IMG/VR virus record: IMGVR_UViG_3300017911_002158 | Span: 1-64,000 of that record | From: a virus | Lineage: Duplodnaviria > Caudoviricetes | Reading direction: 5' to 3' (one strand) | DNA length: 64,000 nucleotides | Shown: piece after piece, positions 31,601 through 39,410 of the stretch | Position numbering within the stretch: the stretch's first letter is position 1 | How the letters are laid out: each line of letters opens with the position of its first letter | Program-made: the position numbers and the translations under genes | The notes under the pieces: model-generated | The model's input: the letters and a program-made list of their open reading frames with translations, nothing else | What the model was told of the DNA's origin: nothing | Databases searched by the model: none

Positions 31601-34600
31601 CGCATCATCCTCTATTCTGGTACTGGCTAATGCAAGTTGTCCTATTCTATTTCCCTTATCTCCTAATAATGGTGCTACTTTATTAATAGTACTTTCAACT
31701 GTTGCATCTGAAAATGCTTTTGGGTTTTCTAACACATTTTTCATAACAGTATTATCATAACCAATTCTTGTTTTACCAAGAGAAGCAGATAGTGCGTCAC
31801 TAGCTCTTGCAAATCTAGATTCAGTATTACTAGCAACAACTTTGAATGCCTGCTCCATGCTATTAAACAGTTTACTAAACATTACTTGTAACATGTCTGA
31901 TTCAGTTTTGGCCTGTCTGGCATTTCTATCGGCAACAGCACCAGAAAGCCTAACAGTAAGTTCTCTTCGAACCTCTTTATTGATTATGGCTTTTCCAGCA
32001 TCGCTATCCTGACCCCCAGCTTCTCTAACTCTTCTGGCTACTTCTGGATCGTCTAAAGCTATAGAGGCTCTTTCTGCTTCGCCTAGATTTTTAAATATCT
32101 GATCTATGCTTGCTCCTTTACTAATATCAATCTCTGCTTTTCTTAATACTATATCAGAGAACTGTTTATATGAGTCTGCTGTTTTTTCATAAAGTGTGGC
32201 AATTTCCTCTTCAACTTTTTTATTAAATCCAGTTGGATCAAAAGCAGCACTAAAGAGACCAGTAAAACCCTCTCTACTTCTAACTCTATCTACTGCAAAT
32301 TGCCTTTCTCTTTGAGATCTATCTAGAGCATCTTTTGCTCCTTGACTTAAATTAGCAGACTCTTTAAATCCTGAGAAAATACTAGCTAATAAATCAGTAG
32401 TACCAAATAAACTGTTCATAATTTTTTGAGCATCGTCAAAACCCTGTGGTAAAGAATATGTTCTTTGTTCTTGTAAGTCTTCTCGTCTTTGTATTGAGCT
32501 AACACCAGTTTCTACTGATCTTTTAAAGGCATCCGAAGCTGCTTTGTTTACAGCTTTAGAATAACTCTCTAATGCTTCACTAGAAGAGTCCAAAGATTTT
32601 TCAAGTTGCTTACTAGTGCTTTCTAATTCAACGTCTTTAAGGCTATTCCCCCATGCTCTAAGAACAGCGTCTGCTAAGCTAAATCCAGCAACAACAATAC
32701 CTAAATTACGAGCAAATTTTTGACTTACTCCAGGAATCTGCCTTAAACTCTCAAAAGTAGCTATTCCAGTAGCCGCACCGCTAGCAAGTCCTTGCAAAGC
32801 AGTATTCGTTGCCTTTGTGGTTGCAGTAGTATCTCCTATTGCTGATTCAAATGCAGTAACAGCTGCCTGGGCTGCTAATAATGCACCAATAGTGCCAGTT
32901 CCAGCACTTTTTACTGGTTCAGCTATTCTTAATCCTTGCCTTCTCCATTGACGATCTGATGGATAGCCACCCCCTCGCAAACGAACAGGACCAACAGCGC
33001 CACCCTTATTAAATCCTATCTTATCTGCCTTGTTTAGTCTGTCTAATGTTTGTTCTCCGAGAGACCTAGCGGCCTTTTCATTAATTACATATTCACCAGG
33101 AGTAAGTAATGCATCTACGGTGTCTCTACCACTAATAGGACCACCAGTATTTGCTCTTTTTGTTGGTTTAAAAGTTTCTCTAAAGTCAAATCCTCTTTTC
33201 TTAGCTCCTCTCAACGCACTCTTCGGAGCAATCTTTTTAGATCTTCCTTCAGCTTGTAACTCTTGTTTTTTCTTTTCGTCAAGCTTTCCTGTATTATATG
33301 CAACAAAAATTTGACCAGCATTAATATTTTTATCAATACCCATAGTATTAGATAATACATTTTGCTTTTTTCCTAGTTTATATCTTATAAGTTTGTCCAA
33401 TAATTCTGGGCCAGGAGTAAATTCTGTTCTATTTCTTACTTCTATTGGACCATATCCAGGCGCAACGACATCAACAGGAGCATTACCTCCTATCCATTGT
33501 CCTCCTAATGTAGCAGCAACTCTTTTTTCAAATTCTGTATTGCCAATTTTTGGAGATGCATCAATAGGTATTGATCTGATATTAAAATTAATTTCGTCTA
33601 AATCATTAATTCTTTCTCCATCACGATATTGTTGTGAGGTTCCTGTTCTAGTAATTCTATTTCTAAGTGATACGCTACTAAGTTGTTCTGCTCGTACCGG
33701 ACCTCCACTATTATATTCAGGAAGTTTGCCAGTACGATTAACTCTTTCTAAGGTATCTCTGCCAATAGCTTTTACAGCAGCTTTTCTAATGACATATTCG
33801 CCTGGGGTTAATGCTGCTTCGACAGTATCATTGTTTCCAACACCAGGAACAAAACCACCAGTATTAAACCCTAAACCTTTCTTAAATCCTCTAGCAATAG
33901 AAGGAACACCACCAAGAACTTTAGCGGCACCAAGAGCAGCTAATGCTGGGATAATTGGCTTTACGGCATCAGCCACCTTAATCAATGCACTAGCAAGATC
34001 AAGACTTAATTGAATAAATTGTCTAAATTCTGATGTTTCGCCAATGCTTCTGATAAGAGCATCAAATTCTTGTTGTACTTTAGATATTTTAACAGCCAGG
34101 GTATCTTGTCCAAGAGCAGCATCTCTAGCTAAAGAACCAGAACCCTGTTGTGCTACATTTAATGCTTGTTGGGCAGTGGTGAACTGCTGAATTAATGGGA
34201 TAACCTTGCCAACCTGACGGAAACCGCCGAGTTCTTCTACAATACCACTAAACTGTAATGATCTTGGGTCAAGACTACGTAAGCCCTTACTTAATTGTTC
34301 AATTGCTTTGTATGGGCCAATAAATTTACCTTCTAGATCAGTGAGAGTAACACCAAAAGCCTCTAATGCTGCGATAGTGTCTTCTCTTTGTAAACGAGTA
34401 AAAATAGTTCTTAAACCAGTAGCAATAGTTTCTGCACCTTCACGAGTCGTAGCTCGAACACTAGTAAATACGGCCAAAAATTCATTAAGAGCATTTGTAC
34501 CTTCGCTCACCCCCTGACTAGCGGCGGCAAACACACCACCAGCACGCTGAACAGCAGTAATAAGATCACCAGCTTCTACTGCAAAACTGCCAGCAACAGC

Positions 34601-35245
34601 ATTAATACTACCAAGAGCAGATTCTAGTTGGTTTGTACTAATGCTAAACTGTTTCATTAAGGCAATGCTACCTTCAACAGTTTGATTAATATCATTAAAA
34701 GTAGGGGCTAAAGTAGTCAGAGATAAAGCTCTCAATGCTTTTTCTGTTTCTCTAGCACTAAGACCAGCTTGACTAAGAGTAACAGCAACTTCAGCTAAAG
34801 AAGAGCTACTTGCGCCAAGAGATGTAGAAAGATTAGTAATCTCAGCAGACAATGCAGATAAAGACGACTTACTTGTATTTGTCACCTGAGCAATTCTAGT
34901 TAATTGTTTATCATATTCAATAAATTTCTCTAATGATTGTTGCGTTGCTCTAGTAATAGCATAAAACCCAACAGTGGCGGCAGTAAATGCCCCGAATCGT
35001 TTAACGGCTAAACCTGCAGATTTGCCAAATTTTTCCATAGCATTTGCAGCATCATCAGCACTAGCTTTTACTTGTTTAGATTGCTGACTAATACCTTGTA
35101 ATGCTCTAGCTGTCTGAGGAGATACCTTAACATTAACATTGGCCTGAATATTGCTGAGTTGTTTTTGTATGTTATTTACAACATTATTAAGATTTTTTGG
35201 ACCTTGAAGATTTATCTGTACAGTTAAATTATAAGGTTTTGCCAT
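25622..35245 (-). CDS. Tape measure protein (3207 aa) with inserted cargo domains
   Basis: TP901-type N-terminal core (LSQAGLSA, AVFTSVRATTREGAETIATGLRTIFTRL, GGFRQVGKVIPLI); four DTxxAxLxxGExV-type motifs; follows the tail tube and chaperone genes. Confidence 0.92.
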   Translation of the reverse strand: MAKPYNLTVQINLQGPKNLNNVVNNIQKQLSNIQANVNVKVSPQTARALQGISQQSKQVKASADDAANAMEKFGKSAGLAVKRFGAFTAATVGFYAITRATQQSLEKFIEYDKQLTRIAQVTNTSKSSLSALSAEITNLSTSLGASSSSLAEVAVTLSQAGLSARETEKALRALSLTTLAPTFNDINQTVEGSIALMKQFSISTNQLESALGSINAVAGSFAVEAGDLITAVQRAGGVFAAASQGVSEGTNALNEFLAVFTSVRATTREGAETIATGLRTIFTRLQREDTIAALEAFGVTLTDLEGKFIGPYKAIEQLSKGLRSLDPRSLQFSGIVEELGGFRQVGKVIPLIQQFTTAQQALNVAQQGSGSLARDAALGQDTLAVKISKVQQEFDALIRSIGETSEFRQFIQLSLDLASALIKVADAVKPIIPALAALGAAKVLGGVPSIARGFKKGLGFNTGGFVPGVGNNDTVEAALTPGEYVIRKAAVKAIGRDTLERVNRTGKLPEYNSGGPVRAEQLSSVSLRNRITRTGTSQQYRDGERINDLDEINFNIRSIPIDASPKIGNTEFEKRVAATLGGQWIGGNAPVDVVAPGYGPIEVRNRTEFTPGPELLDKLIRYKLGKKQNVLSNTMGIDKNINAGQIFVAYNTGKLDEKKKQELQAEGRSKKIAPKSALRGAKKRGFDFRETFKPTKRANTGGPISGRDTVDALLTPGEYVINEKAARSLGEQTLDRLNKADKIGFNKGGAVGPVRLRGGGYPSDRQWRRQGLRIAEPVKSAGTGTIGALLAAQAAVTAFESAIGDTTATTKATNTALQGLASGAATGIATFESLRQIPGVSQKFARNLGIVVAGFSLADAVLRAWGNSLKDVELESTSKQLEKSLDSSSEALESYSKAVNKAASDAFKRSVETGVSSIQRREDLQEQRTYSLPQGFDDAQKIMNSLFGTTDLLASIFSGFKESANLSQGAKDALDRSQRERQFAVDRVRSREGFTGLFSAAFDPTGFNKKVEEEIATLYEKTADSYKQFSDIVLRKAEIDISKGASIDQIFKNLGEAERASIALDDPEVARRVREAGGQDSDAGKAIINKEVRRELTVRLSGAVADRNARQAKTESDMLQVMFSKLFNSMEQAFKVVASNTESRFARASDALSASLGKTRIGYDNTVMKNVLENPKAFSDATVESTINKVAPLLGDKGNRIGQLALASTRIEDDAAAVTDRILSSGKKGGVALKAIGVGIRNMFSGMNLGADVERAIDQQLSAAFTKAQGELGEGAPDTKIRERVQEIVSELPQFKGALEVMIQASNTFSSAQKGYSQAIQEITEAVLQQREYFNRAADIRREGSLRLREARGETIGLNDIIRNTLAGVAQQTGGVTDVQQLFQNLQRGLKQREQIVARRDAISGDVSRNEEFKRLTQSLAELDLQLAQNRAGLEALANSTEIANAALNRISEIQARAQEKLSFGEKLATSTPEEFGQIRQTYADLENIISGGQLTLQNSVAAQQAMFQAAMQGGDALDIARAGTGALADQKGNVLSLLKELKAFFGDNNKAFNERYETVLRSFLEQTGLMGDMTWGPMFEQAFAEMRGQDNETKRAINVYNRAINIQEEANTALGKLIQPTTFLVQANQTLNNSIVNLTNAINNIPGLPNQPPVQPPPRQRPINQPGGVVNRQPGGAGGVVNRQSGGIVYASEGKYVEMKPKGTDTIPAMLTRGEFVVNAKATKKNRGLLEQINNGGTPSFDNGVAYAPEGGHIDPKSIYAWYKQRYGMGVQKVLPIQVKKQIRQRIDFERKKQAYLLMYGQQIKDKQAAYRKDYYKQIGVQSPESIKQKLLKDLPDSEEKELIQSTNDPRRIYILARKYGIDPKTGERNLFQNTEERNRKIRERNLERQKSRERSITEDGRVAVPAGPVRVPDPETQLYSDFYKTQAAKKYPIGSAGYNLEFQKFKDSKIERSRKERIDRELTTRKEIRLAQRKKEEEKLEKARLEKSKERDIKQQEENRKEEQLREKVSNRIQLQKQRKQEQEIKENNQPFSVTRKEYKAYKIDGESQDDYNRRREQLKETFARPIAELNIPELEQLYGPEYVARRIEGKRKIEDLVKFQAQAQTEQKFLRFVRDREAGLPTSFYQTEYSSEEIQSLRDKYPKEFEKYIIRPKRPAQQPTQEEKNQNALDEIRRNIAAQNPRTRGRIKSRRGTTTPRQGSGRKESLDGLAALGVGAAENVVPTLVAAAAVGFAPFSGGGSLGLLATLGIGGAAGYATSLAQDAVLQSVAPDIYEQKEEIKQRSPGMALVGGFLDPALGKQLFKPGKFARAFAQGAAQRETYNATRLAQQNQVFRSLVRQGVNPEIADDAIRSTLMTGDEGFLLDALKTAGQNTDTRLPLPDLTGPSTRGSGSRGAVPRSKPQVKSPETSPTNKPQTAGIPKIVQNSGLADVWPNLSPRAQKAALQSLKTSEKAAAARAAKATPKPKITAKDPGEFIGPTSPQGKAPSGRRIEIDPRQYGFSPLDFTTRAAPVSRGIPVGTRPATTKLTDIIPESGLSTTSSKAAAKPTGLEPIPGTAPFKVQQPQGFGGTGTDFIPTATRPKPQINAGATKPPRASIELPPPPAAPAAPPRPPKTFGPPTPTVADKYFGKMMSNIEQLPETPEGMTRLYRVGETARDYKPPKTARLYGEEISFAEWQKKIQQSKTMGDMFDTNPPEAAGRWFTDAPRELSSYINMNSPEELAKLPTYYVDVPTKQLQKYNVGKEGGQSRFYQNSRNQEREFVLPDEILKRALRFMSSGGVVKPKYLASGGFTTNMINTDPLYENYYAGNKFAGYVSPSDKIKDLYHDSKRGLQSMVDSGQLDPSSREYEIRRKMTEYGFGLDAANRPVVNSPTGGYGDPRSNEKDYASIFSPNGNGPVRFRYFSSGGLATGDFQALAEGTDRYPAMLSRGEMVMNPEATRRNKGLLKALNRSRGGMVKNGITYAADGTDGGIGISAAGNGELRITGDIKVTPEAIPDISTMPTPMDIASPITAPTQEIGTSFDGISNLNSSIYDLVGQMETLTSALSTGANTLTGRGGAEQQIDFTTFTNGVTSFGTFAGPLTQAVLTLSQLDFGVINDGAQQLLTTAQTLGGSFGRFNNAVTSFSAKTDELIAAVQGMQINGTINVQGSIAVQPMTVNIAGLEAIEARLQGFAALITSSLATALAQDNPGFNTTSLSSSITLS
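30191..30246. repeat. 23-bp direct repeat (CTGCCTATTAACAACCCCTCCAG x2) inside the TMP
   Basis: Copies at 30191-30213 and 30224-30246; encodes GGVVNRQ twice. Confidence 0.9.
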
Positions 35246-35258
35246 AATTTATTCCCTT

Positions 35259-35297
35259 AAAACAAAAGACACTATACCAAGAAGGTATAGTGCCCTT
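35259..35297 (-). terminator. Intrinsic terminator-like hairpin upstream of the TMP
   Basis: CACTATACC-5 nt-GGTATAGTG stem (35270-35292) followed on the minus strand by TCTTTTGTTTT. Confidence 0.65.
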
Positions 35298-35326
35298 GTT
35301 GAAAAAATACTAAGTTACCAATACTG

Positions 35327-36202
35327 CTATGTTGACAATGCTTCAGAATCCTCCTGGGATTGTTTTGATGTCTTTTTTTTAGGTTTCTCATTTGAAGCAA
35401 CTTCTTTTTCCATAGTAATAGGTTTGCCATCATCATCCAGGAATGGCTTAAATTCAACGACATAATCGCCTTCATCGTCTACCCTGTTGCCGTCTTTATC
35501 GACATATTCACCATTGTCATTAATATATCGACCATTCTCATCAACAAGCCTACCCTCTGAATCTGTGAATTTACCTTGTTTGTTAATAAATCTTAAGTTT
35601 TCGTCAACAAACTTATATTCTTTAAGAAACTTATTTTCAGGCAAACTTTTCTCATAATCATCATCTAATCCATATAGTTTTGATGCCAATATTTGTGCTG
35701 CTTTAATAGCAATAGGATCTGCTGATTTATTCAAATATTCTTCATAATTTGCAAAATAAGCTTTCTTACTGTCTGAATACACCAAACAAACAGATACCAA
35801 GTAATTAAATCTAGCATTATCAGCCTGTCCTTCTGCGGTATTGTTGTCCAAATTAGTTCTAGAGCTAATTAATTCTCTTAGTTCATCTCGTAGATTTCTC
35901 ATTTCAAGAGCGATGGATTTAGCTTTTTGTAGGCTAATTCCACCCTTAGCTAATGATTGCTCGTTACCTAAAAGCTGATGCTGAATAGTATTCATTTTCA
36001 TCTCTTTTTGATCATCCCATAATCCCTGTTCTTTTAGTAGATCATTTAGCCTGCCTCGGACAATACAGCCTGATTTTACAGCATCCGAGAAAGCCTGGTT
36101 ATAAACCTTTTGCGCCTCTCTTTGGTCCTTAAAAGATGGAGACTTAATAAGAAATTCTGTTTTATTCCCATCAATTTCCATAACAAAAGAATCTTCACTC
36201 AT
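35327..36202 (-). CDS. Putative tail assembly chaperone with DxxG repeats
   Basis: AAGGAG RBS before ATG 36202; directly upstream of the TMP; DSEGRLVDENGRYINDNGEYVDKDGNRVDDEG. Confidence 0.55.
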   Translation of the reverse strand: MSEDSFVMEIDGNKTEFLIKSPSFKDQREAQKVYNQAFSDAVKSGCIVRGRLNDLLKEQGLWDDQKEMKMNTIQHQLLGNEQSLAKGGISLQKAKSIALEMRNLRDELRELISSRTNLDNNTAEGQADNARFNYLVSVCLVYSDSKKAYFANYEEYLNKSADPIAIKAAQILASKLYGLDDDYEKSLPENKFLKEYKFVDENLRFINKQGKFTDSEGRLVDENGRYINDNGEYVDKDGNRVDDEGDYVVEFKPFLDDDGKPITMEKEVASNEKPKKKTSKQSQEDSEALST

Positions 36203-36215
36203 AATATTTTTCTCC

Positions 36216-36527
36216 TTATTTCTTTGAATTGACACATTTCATAGTACATGATTCTGTATATGCTACATTTGATCTATTTTCATTTTGTATAAATTTTCTT
36301 AAATCTGTTAAAGCTGCTCTCATTTGAAAATTACAATGGTCCAATATGTCATCCCTCAAGTCTTGCCAAATCTGTCTGTTATCTGATTGCTCAATAGAAA
36401 TCATCTCCTTATTATGTCCCCATGTAAAACCCAAATAATCCTCGATTCTTGCTAAAGATCCTATCATTGTTGTTTGAAATCTTTTTTCTATAGATAGAGC
36501 TAAGTATTCTACTTCTTCTGGTTTCAT
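36216..36527 (-). CDS. Hypothetical protein (tail assembly region)
   Basis: Overlapping operon gene. Confidence 0.6.
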   Translation of the reverse strand: MKPEEVEYLALSIEKRFQTTMIGSLARIEDYLGFTWGHNKEMISIEQSDNRQIWQDLRDDILDHCNFQMRAALTDLRKFIQNENRSNVAYTESCTMKCVNSKK

Positions 36528-37573
36528 TTATTTGGTACTCCTTGTTTTTGATTTTGATAAATCTTAGACTGTATTTCCTGTTTAATGAAAGGAATATCCC
36601 TCCATTTCATAGATTCTCCTTCTTTTAGTCCGTTGTTACGAACAGCAGAAACTAACTGTTTTCCTCTATGGTCATTCAAATCGTCAATAGCTGCTGCTTC
36701 CTTCTGGTCTCGTGTAATAACGTACACGAACTCGTGACCACCTACTTTACCCCGAACTTTGTCTAAAGCCTCATTTTTTTTCTTATTGTGTTTATTCTTT
36801 TCTTTTTGATATAAAAACCATCCGTCTAAAGCATCAGGGTCAGATATTATTTCTTCTTCTGGACATTCTGGATGCTGTCTAACATTATCATACATTTTTT
36901 GTAAAGAGAGTAGATTGGCCTGATCGTCATTAAAATGAATAGAAGGACCAAAAATATTGTCTTGACATAAATATCTTTTCCATGCATCGGACATACATAT
37001 TGCTCTTAAGTCTTCTGCAGTAATCTGGTGTTTTTCTATTTCATTAGCAATGCTTTTTAAAAGTACAGGATCCATTTTGTAGTAATCTTTTTCAAATACT
37101 GGTCTACCGTCTAGAGTTAATGTGCATTGAGATATTAAGAACTGATTTTTAATATTTTTAGCAAAAAAATCTAAAGTTAAATAATCTAAGCTGTGTTTTT
37201 TAGAGAGTAGTTCATTTTGATAATCTCTAAGAACTTTAAGCTCAGTTTTTGCCTCTTTGTTTATAGTATCATTTGAATAGTTTTGATATAATCTAATTTT
37301 TATTTTATTTATATGTTCTTCTATTCCATCTAGCTTTTCTTGTTCTTGATGAGACCATATTTCATTATGAATCAATATTTTTTCTAGTTGTGCAGAATTC
37401 AGGTATTCTGTGTCAAATCTAGAATCCTGCATTAAAGAGACATAAAGCTGTTCTGCTTCGTATTTCTTTTGAATGTCTGGATATATAATTTTATATTTTT
37501 GATCATTTACTCGTATTTCAAAATATCCTGTAATAATACGATAAAATTTTAGATCTGTTAAGTAATTATCCAC
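36524..37573 (-). CDS. Hypothetical protein, possible tail assembly chaperone
   Basis: Lies between the tail tube and TMP; helical and charged. Confidence 0.5.
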   Translation of the reverse strand: MDNYLTDLKFYRIITGYFEIRVNDQKYKIIYPDIQKKYEAEQLYVSLMQDSRFDTEYLNSAQLEKILIHNEIWSHQEQEKLDGIEEHINKIKIRLYQNYSNDTINKEAKTELKVLRDYQNELLSKKHSLDYLTLDFFAKNIKNQFLISQCTLTLDGRPVFEKDYYKMDPVLLKSIANEIEKHQITAEDLRAICMSDAWKRYLCQDNIFGPSIHFNDDQANLLSLQKMYDNVRQHPECPEEEIISDPDALDGWFLYQKEKNKHNKKKNEALDKVRGKVGGHEFVYVITRDQKEAAAIDDLNDHRGKQLVSAVRNNGLKEGESMKWRDIPFIKQEIQSKIYQNQKQGVPNK

Positions 37574-38437
37574 TTATTTAAGCTCTATTATCCTTTTTAG
37601 TCCATTTAGAAATCCACCGGGAGAGAATAAACCAGATTCATAGTAATCATATGTTGATTTATAAGTATAAGAAATTTGTTGAATATCTCCATCGACTGTT
37701 GCCCCATCTAAACTTATGTTTTCTAAATATCCACTAGGAATTCCTCCACTAGCAGCAACTTCTGGGCCTTCGCAACCATCATACACACCACTTCCTTTTA
37801 ATGCATAGTTTTTTAATGTTTGACTATTTGGAATTCTTGTAACTGTTGAGCTAGTTTCTATTGGATATTTTATACAAATATGAGTAGGTGGTGCTATGCC
37901 AGGACTATATAATAATTCTCTATTAATTGAACAAGACGATTCAAATGCTGTTTGTCCACTTTCTAAAATCCCTGTATAACAAGCTCTTGTTGCTCCTATG
38001 TCGCTGATTCTCCCTGTTTCATCTGGAGGAGAAGAGAAAGATCCAGATTCTATATTTGTATGGCCTAGTGACATGTATGTTATTATCTTTTGACCAAATT
38101 GATCTGTAGATATGCTACTTTTTGTTCCTGCTAATAGACATCCACTAAATATGATATTTCTATAAGAATAATCTTCCGACCATCTCTGTATTTCAATTAT
38201 TCCAGTACTATTAAACAAAGCACAGTCTTGAGGATATATAAAAGAGCCATCGCTCAAGCTAGTTATATCAATAGTTATATTTTTTGCTTTGGAAATGACA
38301 TGTTCAGTTCCAGTATTGTGTATAGAAACAAAATCTAGTCCAGTATCACCTTTTACGGCTACGCTCTGGACTAGACTTTGTGTTACGCCATCAATCTTGA
38401 CAGAAACTTCATGAAATTGATAACAATATTGACCCAT
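37574..38437 (-). CDS. Tail tube paralog (minor tube protein)
   Basis: Collinear similarity to 38460-39359 (VQSV vs AQSV, SGCLL vs TGCYL, YPIET vs FPFEV, ISYTYKS vs TTYTYTT). Confidence 0.7.
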   Translation of the reverse strand: MGQYCYQFHEVSVKIDGVTQSLVQSVAVKGDTGLDFVSIHNTGTEHVISKAKNITIDITSLSDGSFIYPQDCALFNSTGIIEIQRWSEDYSYRNIIFSGCLLAGTKSSISTDQFGQKIITYMSLGHTNIESGSFSSPPDETGRISDIGATRACYTGILESGQTAFESSCSINRELLYSPGIAPPTHICIKYPIETSSTVTRIPNSQTLKNYALKGSGVYDGCEGPEVAASGGIPSGYLENISLDGATVDGDIQQISYTYKSTYDYYESGLFSPGGFLNGLKRIIELK

Positions 38438-38459
38438 AAGCTATCTACCGCTTAAGAGA

Positions 38460-39359
38460 TTAGGCTAAACTTTCTGCAACATCAAGAGTGTTATAGGTAG
38501 TATATGTATAAGTCGTACTAGCATTACCACCACCAGTATCACCACCATCTTGAGCAACAGCGCTTAGTCTACAGCCACTCATGGTAAATGTATAGCCTGG
38601 ATCTGCTGAATCTTGATTGCTATCACACACATAAACGGTAATGGTTTGTTGGCTTGGTAGATCACCAAGACCAGTACAAGTAACACCATCAAGATTTACA
38701 ACACTTGTGTCAACTGTAGTGTTAGCAACTGTAAATTCTACAGTAACTTCAAATGGAAAGTTTGCAAAACGATGGTATGGTCTAAAATTACCTAGTTTAA
38801 ACATAGCCTCTCGTCCAAGGTCGGTGCTAATGCTAATATTTGTAACATTTTCTGACTCATGCACACCGCTCCAACTCACATGATGACGATATGCATTGTC
38901 TGCTGCTGTTGCAGTTGGTGGGTTAACAGTACCTTCGGTGCTCTTATTATCTGTAATCCAACTAATTTCTTCTGTAGCAAATCCATCACTTGGGAAGGTG
39001 TAAGAAAGACTACTAAGGTAACAGCCCGTCATTGTTGTGACAGTTTGCGAGCCAGTCTCTAGAGCAAGCGCAGATTCATCTGTGTTACTGGCCACAACAA
39101 TAGGAACACGAGTATCTCCGTAACTTCCAACATTTCCACCGCCCATAAGGCCAAACATAGTGGAATTGCCATCCAAATTCTTGCTGGCTGTAATTGTGAC
39201 TTCACCATCAGTAACAATATTGTCATAAACAGCTAGTCTACCTAGCTGGAAAGCTTGTTCTAAGCTATAATTAATGCTAATACCAACGCTTTGGGCACCT
39301 TCTACAGTAGTGCCACTTACACTCAAGCCTTGGGAAGCAAAGTAAACTCTATTGGCCAT
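38460..39359 (-). CDS. Major tail tube protein
   Basis: S/T/G-rich beta protein after the neck genes, with a GGAG RBS and late-promoter motif; duplicated xxLG motifs (AFQLG, MFKLG). Confidence 0.75.
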   Translation of the reverse strand: MANRVYFASQGLSVSGTTVEGAQSVGISINYSLEQAFQLGRLAVYDNIVTDGEVTITASKNLDGNSTMFGLMGGGNVGSYGDTRVPIVVASNTDESALALETGSQTVTTMTGCYLSSLSYTFPSDGFATEEISWITDNKSTEGTVNPPTATAADNAYRHHVSWSGVHESENVTNISISTDLGREAMFKLGNFRPYHRFANFPFEVTVEFTVANTTVDTSVVNLDGVTCTGLGDLPSQQTITVYVCDSNQDSADPGYTFTMSGCRLSAVAQDGGDTGGGNASTTYTYTTYNTLDVAESLA

Positions 39360-39410
39360 AGTATTTTCTCCGTTTTTGAAAGGGTAAACGTTATTATTAA
39401 TTACACTAAA

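Noticed and set aside
25854-34517. Many plus-strand ORFs antisense to the TMP and other structural genes
   Set aside because: Shadow ORFs produced by codon bias on the coding strand; no RBS or recognisable motifs.
25622-35245. Inteins explaining the TMP length
   Set aside because: No C/S-start Hint blocks, HN-C/S/T junctions or LAGLIDADG motifs were recognised; none were seen in TerL or portal either.
35272-35475. Programmed frameshift product of a tail chaperone (G/GT type)
   Set aside because: The alternate-frame ORF is short, low-complexity and ends within the hairpin; no convincing slippery site could be assigned.
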